Source: Candidatus Mcinerneyibacteriota bacterium
GTDB lineage: Bacteria; Macinerneyibacteriota; Macinerneyibacteria; Macinerneyibacteriales; DSCS01
Direction: 5' to 3'
Assembly (NCBI GenBank): GCA_016937175.1
Contig: JAFGWL010000013.1
Span: forward strand, 18,821 to 82,820
DNA: 64,000 nt
The notes under the pieces are model-generated. The model worked only from the letters and a program-made list of their open reading frames with translations. It was not told where the DNA came from and searched no databases. Made by a program: the position numbers and the translations under genes. Below, piece by piece: positions 57,792 through 64,000 of the stretch (within the stretch, counting starts at the first letter, position 1; each line of letters opens with the position of its first letter).

Positions 57792-58796
57792 TTACCCAAA
57801 ATTTATCACCTGTAACAGGGCAAAAATAAGGGCTCCGGACATCACGCCGGCAGCTACGTCATCCATCATGATGCCCACCCCGTTTTTCATCTTATCGAAG
57901 AAAGATACCGGAAAGGGTTTCCAGATATCAAAGATCCGGAAGAGGATGAAGGAAGCCCCGACAAGCCACAGATTCCGCCCCGCCAGAAAGAGCGGGATAA
58001 ACTGAGCCACAAACTCGTCCATGATGATGGGAGAAGCGTCATCACTTCCGTAAAGATCTTTTGAGCGGTTGGAAAGAATCAGCCCGAGGATAAAAAGAGC
58101 CGGAAGCAGCCAGGTCAGGACATTAATATGAGTGACTCCCCAGAAAACCCAGAGGATCACCGCAGCCAGGCTTCCCCATGTACCTGGAGCCAGCCTGATA
58201 TGCCCCAGATAGAAGAGAGAGAGGAAAAAGCGGCTGACCTGGTCTAAAAACTCTCTTCCCGTGACGATCCTGCGGTTTTTGATATAGAAATCGATTCCCG
58301 AGTAGACGGTGAGGATCAGAGCAGCATAGAGGAGAAGAATATCCAGGTTTCTTAAGCTGTCACGCGTCAGAATATTCAGCATGGCCGCGATAATGGCAGA
58401 GAGCTGGACCACGGTCTTGATCTTGCCGCTCCAGACCGCGGCGATGACCACTTTTTTGCGTAAAGCCGCATCCCTGTGAAGGGTCACATAGATCTCCCGA
58501 ACCAGAAGCACCAGGACAGCCCAAAGGGGGAAGCGGCCCAGCCAGACAAGCAGGAAAAGAGCCGAATAGACCAGGAGTTTGTCGGCGAAGGGATCCCAGA
58601 TCTTACCGAAATCACTCACCCATTGATATTTCCTGGCCTGGCAGCCGACAAAAAAGTCTGTGAGGGACTTAAAGACAAAAAGACCTAGGCGGATGTACCC
58701 GTAAGTCCTGTTGGTGTTCACCTGGGCAAAAAACCAGACAAACGCCGGGACCAGGATGATCCGTAAAAGAGTCAGTACATTGGGAAGCCGTTTCAT
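57792..58796 (-). CDS. PGP synthase-PGP phosphatase A fusion (PgsA-PgpA)
   Basis: LPNVLTLLRI...FGKIWDPFADK...GKIKT (PgsA); APGTWGS, IIMDEFVA, FRIFDIWKP, GIMMDDVAAG (PgpA). Confidence 0.9.
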   Translation of the reverse strand: MKRLPNVLTLLRIILVPAFVWFFAQVNTNRTYGYIRLGLFVFKSLTDFFVGCQARKYQWVSDFGKIWDPFADKLLVYSALFLLVWLGRFPLWAVLVLLVREIYVTLHRDAALRKKVVIAAVWSGKIKTVVQLSAIIAAMLNILTRDSLRNLDILLLYAALILTVYSGIDFYIKNRRIVTGREFLDQVSRFFLSLFYLGHIRLAPGTWGSLAAVILWVFWGVTHINVLTWLLPALFILGLILSNRSKDLYGSDDASPIIMDEFVAQFIPLFLAGRNLWLVGASFILFRIFDIWKPFPVSFFDKMKNGVGIMMDDVAAGVMSGALIFALLQVINFG

Positions 58797-60082
58797 AATG
58801 TTATCTCTCCTTCCAGGTCATATTCATAACTTCCGGTGATCCGCACCGGAACAAGTTCTCCTTCAAGGGCTCTATTATTATTGAAAAAGACGACTCCGTC
58901 AACATCCGGGGCATCCCTCCAGATCCTCCCCTCTTCTCCGGTATAATCCACCAGGCAGTCAAACTCCTGTCCTACAAGGTCTGCCATCTTCCCGGCGCTG
59001 ATCTCCCGCTGCAGGGTCATGATCTCCTCCACTCGCTCTTCTTTGACATGCCCCTTCACCGGGTCTCCCAGGGAAGCTCCCGAGCTCAACTTCTGCCTTG
59101 AATAGGCAAAAACACCCATCTTGTCAAAATAGCCCCTCGCCACGAAATCACGCAGGTCTTTGAACTGAGCCTCACCTTCGGCGGGGAACCCGACGATAAA
59201 AGTAGTCCGCAGAACGGGGTCACTGAAGATCTTTTTGATCATGTCAAGTTTGGAGAGGGCCTCATTCTGTGTGTAGCCGCGTTTCATGGCGCGGAGCACC
59301 TCGTCATTGGCATGCTGGAGGGGAATATCGAAATAGGGAAGGATCCCGTTGTCTGCAACGGCTTTGAGAAATTCTTCGTCGATCCCCCGGATATCCAGAT
59401 AGAGGAGCCTTTTCCAGGGAAAATCATAGCGGCCCAGCAGCGACAGGAGCTCCTTCAGAGAAGCCCCGTTGTCTTTTCCGTAAAAAGAGGTGCTCTGGGA
59501 GACAAGGATCATCTCCTTGATCCGCTTGTCCCGGGACAACCTGTCCAGCTCTTCTTTTATATCGGGAAGTGTACGGCTCTTCAGAGGCCCACGGATCCTG
59601 GGTATGGTACAGTAGCTGCAGGGAAGGTCGCAGCCATCGGAGATCTTGAGATAACGGAAGTGGGCCTTGTCCAGGGGAATCCGATGTGTAAAGGGGCCTA
59701 TAAAGCCCTTTATCCCCTTCTCTTCCGGGACACTCTTCTGCTTTGCCAGTTTTTCAATTTCTCCGTAACCGGCGGGAGTGATCCACTCCTCCACTTCGGG
59801 GATCTCACGGGCAAGCTCCTCTTTATGGAGTTCGGGAAGACATCCGATGACAGCGATACGCATCTTGAGGCCCCGCTCTTTTTTCAGCTGGGCATACTCC
59901 AGGATAGTCTCGATGCTCTCTTCTTTGGCTGCGTCGATAAAAGCGCATGTATTGATAAGAAGCAGATCGGCCTCATCCCATTGCGTTGTCAGGCGAGCCC
60001 CGGCTTTGTCCAGGCGTCCTGCGATCTCTTCTGAATCGACGAGGTTTTTGTCACATCCCAGCGTTACAATATGGTATTTCAT
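58793..60082 (-). CDS. rimO: ribosomal protein S12 methylthiotransferase
   Basis: LGCDKNLVDSE, NTCAFI, YLKISDGCDLPCSYCTIP, DAPDVDG TRAM; upstream of pgsA. Confidence 0.93.
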   Translation of the reverse strand: MKYHIVTLGCDKNLVDSEEIAGRLDKAGARLTTQWDEADLLLINTCAFIDAAKEESIETILEYAQLKKERGLKMRIAVIGCLPELHKEELAREIPEVEEWITPAGYGEIEKLAKQKSVPEEKGIKGFIGPFTHRIPLDKAHFRYLKISDGCDLPCSYCTIPRIRGPLKSRTLPDIKEELDRLSRDKRIKEMILVSQSTSFYGKDNGASLKELLSLLGRYDFPWKRLLYLDIRGIDEEFLKAVADNGILPYFDIPLQHANDEVLRAMKRGYTQNEALSKLDMIKKIFSDPVLRTTFIVGFPAEGEAQFKDLRDFVARGYFDKMGVFAYSRQKLSSGASLGDPVKGHVKEERVEEIMTLQREISAGKMADLVGQEFDCLVDYTGEEGRIWRDAPDVDGVVFFNNNRALEGELVPVRITGSYEYDLEGEITL

Positions 60083-60084
60083 CT

Positions 60085-60687
60085 CTATTGGGCCAGAAAG
60101 GTTGAGTAGGAATTGAGGTCAAAAATAGCTTTCCTGTAATTCACAGCCTCAAAACTGGAAAAGGAGTAGTATACGATGCTTCCGCTGTAGAAATTAATGC
60201 TTATCTTCTGCGGTTTCACGCGCCCGTCAAAGGTCAGGGAAATCTTTTCTATATCACCTGTCTCTTCTCCTTTGGATGTGAGGACATAAGCTTCCTCTCC
60301 CTTCTTTTCCACGGTGAAGAGGGTCCGGGCCTCCTTTAAAATGGCAAAGGGTGAGATAAAGATAAAATCATCCAGCCCCCCTTCGATGAGCTCGTCATCT
60401 TCAGGGATATAGTCCACATAACCCGTTTCATTGGTGATGATCACCTCTTTGAGGGGGGAGGTATACTCCACACGGAACTCTTTGTCGGGCCTGAACCAGA
60501 GCACCCCCTTCATCTCCCCCTGGAGTTCACCCAGGTAGGAGTAGGTCCTCTGTGTAAAAGCAGCTCGCATGGTGGGGTTCTCCTGGAGAGAAGTTATAAA
60601 ACGGTCCAGAGTATCGCCTGAGGCCTCCGAAACGAAGGCTCCCAGGAGAAACACTCCCGTAAAAATCGTAAAGAGAATCTTTTTCAT
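60085..60687 (-). CDS. lolA: outer-membrane lipoprotein carrier
   Basis: Signal peptide, AAFTQ, GVLWFRPDKEFRVEYTSP; directly after ftsK. Confidence 0.78.
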   Translation of the reverse strand: MKKILFTIFTGVFLLGAFVSEASGDTLDRFITSLQENPTMRAAFTQRTYSYLGELQGEMKGVLWFRPDKEFRVEYTSPLKEVIITNETGYVDYIPEDDELIEGGLDDFIFISPFAILKEARTLFTVEKKGEEAYVLTSKGEETGDIEKISLTFDGRVKPQKISINFYSGSIVYYSFSSFEAVNYRKAIFDLNSYSTFLAQ

Positions 60688-62900
60688 ATATAATCCTTCA
60701 GCGTTTCCACATCGACGAGGATCTGACGCCCTTTGGAGCCCCCCTCGGTGTCGATGATCCCCTCATCGGCCAGGGTCTCGATGATCCGGGCCGCGCGGTT
60801 GTATCCGATACTGAACTTCCTCTGGATGAAGGAGGTGGAAATGGAATTCTGGTCATCCAGCAGGTTGTTGTAGATGAGCCGGATCACTTCGGGGAAAAGC
60901 TCGTCCTTGTCATCCATCTCCAGAGTGATCTCCTTATCCTTTTCAAACATCTCCTTATACTCGTCATCCCTTGCTTTAAAGCGCCGGAGATACTGCACTG
61001 TTCGGGTGATCTCCTCAACTGTGACCAGAGAGGCCTGTCCGCGGACGATCTCGCCGTTCACTTTGTGATAGAGGAAGTCCCCTTTTCCTAACAATGTCTC
61101 CGCCCCGTGGGTTCCCAGGATTATGTGGGAATTGATCTTGGAGGCGGTCTTGAAGGCGATCACCGCGGGGAAGTTGGCTTTGATGGTGCCGGTGATGATA
61201 TCCGCCGATGGCCGCTGGGTGGCCAGGATCAGGTTGATTCCGATGGCCCGGGCCTTCTGCCCCAAACGTATTATGGACTGCTCCACATCCTGGCCCGTAG
61301 TGACCAGGAGGTCGGCAAGCTCATCGATGACGATGAGGATAAAGGGGAGTTTTTCTCCGGGATTAGCGTTATTGAAGGATTGGATATCCCGGTAGCCGTG
61401 ATGGGCCAGGAACTTGTAACGCCGTTCCATCTCATAGAGAGCCCATTTGAGCACATTCACCGCTTCATGGGTCTCCACGATGACATCACTCAAAAGATGG
61501 GGTATCCCGTTGTAATAGGGAAACTCCAGCCGTTTGGGATCGATGAGAAGGACACGGACTTCTTCATAAGTGGCTTTATAGAGAATACTTGTTATAATGC
61601 TGTGAATGCCGATGCTCTTGCCCGACATGGTGGCCCCGGCGATGAGAAGATGAGGGAGCTCGTCGATGCGCAGGATCACAGGCTTGCCGTTGGTGCCTTT
61701 GCCGAAGGCCGCAGTAATCGGCGACGGAGAGTTCTGAAATTCGTCCATCTCGATGATCTCTCGCAACGAGACGAACTGGCGCTTCTGGTTGGGAATCTCG
61801 AATCCTATTGTCCCCCGCCCGGGCAGAGGTGCGATGATACGGATATTGGTCTTGCTCAGGGTGAGGGCCAGTTCGCGGTCCAGAGAGACGATCTTGTTGA
61901 CCTTGATCCCCTTCTCCACTTCCACTTCATAGAGAGAGACCATGGGCCCCGTCTCCACGTTCACCACCCGTCCCTGTATCCCGTATTCGTTTAAAGCGTC
62001 TTCCAGAAGGTCGGCGATCTCCTGAACATTCTCCTCTTCCTGTTTCTGGACCAGATAGGAAAGAAGGTCTGTAGGCGGTATCGGGCCGGCATCGGGAATA
62101 TCAGAGACATCCTGCTCAAACCCCGAATGGACGGGTTCATCCCGCCTGGCCTCTCCGGGGACGATTTCCTTTTCGTTGGGAGTTTCTGATTCGTCTACTC
62201 CCTTGAAATAACGTACATGATAGACAAACTCTTCCCCGGGTGTTTTGGGCTCTTTTTTCTCTTTTTCCTTTTTTCCCTTCGGGGGACGTATTGTCCGCTC
62301 TTTCACGGGACGCTCCGGCTTAAGCTTTTCTCTTTTTTCAGGCTTCTTCCTCTCATGTCTGAAAAGACTTAATAGAAGCAAAAGCCCCCTTTTAAACAGA
62401 GATACAGGGATAAAAGCAGGCAGCACAAACATGATAAGAATAGCCAGGATAATATACGTCCCCACTTTTCCGGTAAACCTGAGCATAAAAGCTCCGGCGG
62501 CTTCGGGAAAGACCCCTCCCCACTCCAAAGGAGAGAAGAGGCGGACGCTGTTGATCTGAAGAAGGATCACCAGGGCCGCGGCTGCGACCACAAAGAGGGC
62601 TCCTTTTCGCCCGGCGAGTATTTTCTGGTCCAGAAAGGCATTGATACCGCCGATAAAGAAGAGTAAGGGGATGATCAGTGCCAGATCACCCAGAAAAAGA
62701 AGAAGATAATGGGAAAGGTAAGCCCCCATAAGGCCGATAAAGTTCTGGATCTTCTCGCCGGATGAGCCCTGAGGTGGGTCCTGGGGAGAGTAGGTCACAA
62801 GGGCCAAAAAAATAAGCACGGCGAACCCGATAAACAGGATGCTTTTGATATCACCCGTCGAGTTTTGCGCTTGTTTCCGGGATTTCTTCCTTCTTGTCAT
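60684..62900 (-). CDS. ftsK: DNA translocase FtsK/SpoIIIE
   Basis: 4TM N-terminus, PHLLIAGATMSGKS, IDPKRLE, IDELADL, LATQRPS, gamma domain IGYNRAARII. Confidence 0.96.
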   Translation of the reverse strand: MTRRKKSRKQAQNSTGDIKSILFIGFAVLIFLALVTYSPQDPPQGSSGEKIQNFIGLMGAYLSHYLLLFLGDLALIIPLLFFIGGINAFLDQKILAGRKGALFVVAAAALVILLQINSVRLFSPLEWGGVFPEAAGAFMLRFTGKVGTYIILAILIMFVLPAFIPVSLFKRGLLLLLSLFRHERKKPEKREKLKPERPVKERTIRPPKGKKEKEKKEPKTPGEEFVYHVRYFKGVDESETPNEKEIVPGEARRDEPVHSGFEQDVSDIPDAGPIPPTDLLSYLVQKQEEENVQEIADLLEDALNEYGIQGRVVNVETGPMVSLYEVEVEKGIKVNKIVSLDRELALTLSKTNIRIIAPLPGRGTIGFEIPNQKRQFVSLREIIEMDEFQNSPSPITAAFGKGTNGKPVILRIDELPHLLIAGATMSGKSIGIHSIITSILYKATYEEVRVLLIDPKRLEFPYYNGIPHLLSDVIVETHEAVNVLKWALYEMERRYKFLAHHGYRDIQSFNNANPGEKLPFILIVIDELADLLVTTGQDVEQSIIRLGQKARAIGINLILATQRPSADIITGTIKANFPAVIAFKTASKINSHIILGTHGAETLLGKGDFLYHKVNGEIVRGQASLVTVEEITRTVQYLRRFKARDDEYKEMFEKDKEITLEMDDKDELFPEVIRLIYNNLLDDQNSISTSFIQRKFSIGYNRAARIIETLADEGIIDTEGGSKGRQILVDVETLKDYI

Positions 62901-62903
62901 AGC

Positions 62904-63683
62904 TTATAGAGTATAGGTTAGGAGGACCAAAAAGGCAAGGATAAAGAGGTAGAGGGAAAAGGCCCGGAGGCGCCCTTTCTGTGTGACAGCGACCAGGAGT
63001 TTGATGGAGAAATAGCCCACGATCCCCGCAACCATCGCTCCAAAAAGAAGCACGGGGAGGACAAAGTTCTCGCTTCGCTCCCATCCGTCTTTAAAGGAGA
63101 AGAGAGCTCCTCCCGCTATGGCGGGAATGGAGATGAAAAAGATATACTGAAGGGCCTCTTTACGCTTCAACCCCAAAAGAAGAGCCGCCGCCAGGGTGAT
63201 CCCCGAACGCGAGATCCCGGGGAAGATCGCCACGGCCTGGGCCAGGCCTATAAAAAGGGCTGCTGCCACAGTCAGAGGGCGCGTATCCTCTGTTCGTTTG
63301 TCTGTGAGGAAAAGTATCACGGCCGTGATAAGCCACATAAAGGCGACAAAATGGAGGGAGGAGAAAGCCTCTTCAGCTTGAGAGGCGAAAAGAATTCCGA
63401 CTGCCCCCGTGACTATGGTCGAGAGAGCCAGGCAGAGGAAATAGTGCCAGCTTTCTTTTGCACCCCTGAAAAGACCCTGAAGAAAAGCGACGATCTGTTT
63501 CCAATAGTAGACGATGACTGCTCCCAAAGTCCCCAGATGGAGCATGGCTCCTGTCATCAGAGTCATCCCCCCGTGGCCGAAGAGCTTGTCCACCAGGACG
63601 AGGTGTCCTGAAGAGCTCACGGGAAGAAATTCCGTGAGCCCCTGGATTATTGCTTCAGGAAGGATCTTGAGAAATTCACTCAC
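62904..63683 (-). CDS. uppP: undecaprenyl-diphosphate phosphatase
   Basis: QGLTEFLPVSSSGHL, HLGT, FPGISRSG. Confidence 0.95.
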   Translation of the reverse strand: MSEFLKILPEAIIQGLTEFLPVSSSGHLVLVDKLFGHGGMTLMTGAMLHLGTLGAVIVYYWKQIVAFLQGLFRGAKESWHYFLCLALSTIVTGAVGILFASQAEEAFSSLHFVAFMWLITAVILFLTDKRTEDTRPLTVAAALFIGLAQAVAIFPGISRSGITLAAALLLGLKRKEALQYIFFISIPAIAGGALFSFKDGWERSENFVLPVLLFGAMVAGIVGYFSIKLLVAVTQKGRLRAFSLYLFILAFLVLLTYTL

Positions 63684-64000
63684 GTCCCCACTCCGGAAAA
63701 TGAGAGATGACGATGGGCTCTTTGGAGCGTTTCTTTTTCAGAAAGCGCTTCATCCGGCGGTTGACCGCTTCTTTGACATACTCGCGGTTTTTACGCTCTT
63801 TTTCATCCATGGAGTAGAGGATATCCTGAAGGCGCTGCCCGATCTCGGTAACATGGTCCTCATTGAGCAGAAGCCCGGCGCTGGCCACTTCGGGGCCCAT
63901 GATGATGTCCCCGGTCTCGACCATATAATCGTAGATGAGGAAGAGGACCCCTTCCTGGCCGATGATCTTACGCTGAGTGATAAGCTCTTCGTCTGCGGTG
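63676..64000 (-). CDS. rnj: ribonuclease J, C-terminal part (5' end outside window)
   Basis: Frame open to window edge: ...QRKIIGQEGVLF...GPEVASAG...KRFLKKKRSKEPIVI resembles the RNase J C-terminal domain. Confidence 0.6.
   Translation of the reverse strand, partial: TADEELITQRKIIGQEGVLFLIYDYMVETGDIIMGPEVASAGLLLNEDHVTEIGQRLQDILYSMDEKERKNREYVKEAVNRRMKRFLKKKRSKEPIVISHFPEWGRE

Noticed and set aside
58630..58720. Diversity-generating retroelement variable region as cause of the PgsA substitutions
   Set aside because: No reverse transcriptase or template repeat seen in the window, and the inferred changes are not restricted to adenines
61615..61640. FtsK Walker A variant GATMSGKS
   Set aside because: Still fits GxxxxGKS and all other motor motifs are intact

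Overview
Gene-dense, roughly 50% GC chromosomal segment of a diderm bacterium (kdsA/C/D, lptE, lolA, lgt). The lifestyle looks anaerobic and amino-acid-fermenting, but lineage cannot be determined from sequence alone. About 50 CDS, almost all on the minus strand; only an MFS transporter and a HAD hydrolase are on plus. Most are housekeeping (upp, valS, kds, murA, coaBC, rlmN, purE, lgt, rsmA, lepA, holA, nadB, rimO, ftsK, uppP). No rRNA, tRNA, CRISPR array or mobile element was recognised. Main candidates for a second look: (1) a tightly coupled three-gene unit encoding an AsmA/YdbH-like lipid-bridge protein, a YdbL(DUF1318)-type lipoprotein and a 2315-aa lipoprotein (beta-propeller + TPR + caspase-like CHAT protease); (2) a 1015-aa XRE-HTH/GlmL-ATPase/unknown-domain fusion with a palindromic operator over its own promoter; (3) an arcE-arcC-arcB arginine synthetase (ATP-yielding) cluster; (4) a probably catalytically dead triple-receiver GGDEF protein with intact I-site, and a HisKA-only protein; (5) two paralogous small coiled-coil genes, one missed by the ORF track; (6) fusions and variants: pgsA-pgpA with a damaged motif, aroE-aroK, Asp-type MurA, archaeal-type ValRS, and a TPR-SLH lipoprotein. 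All family assignments come from motif recognition by eye, not from database searches.
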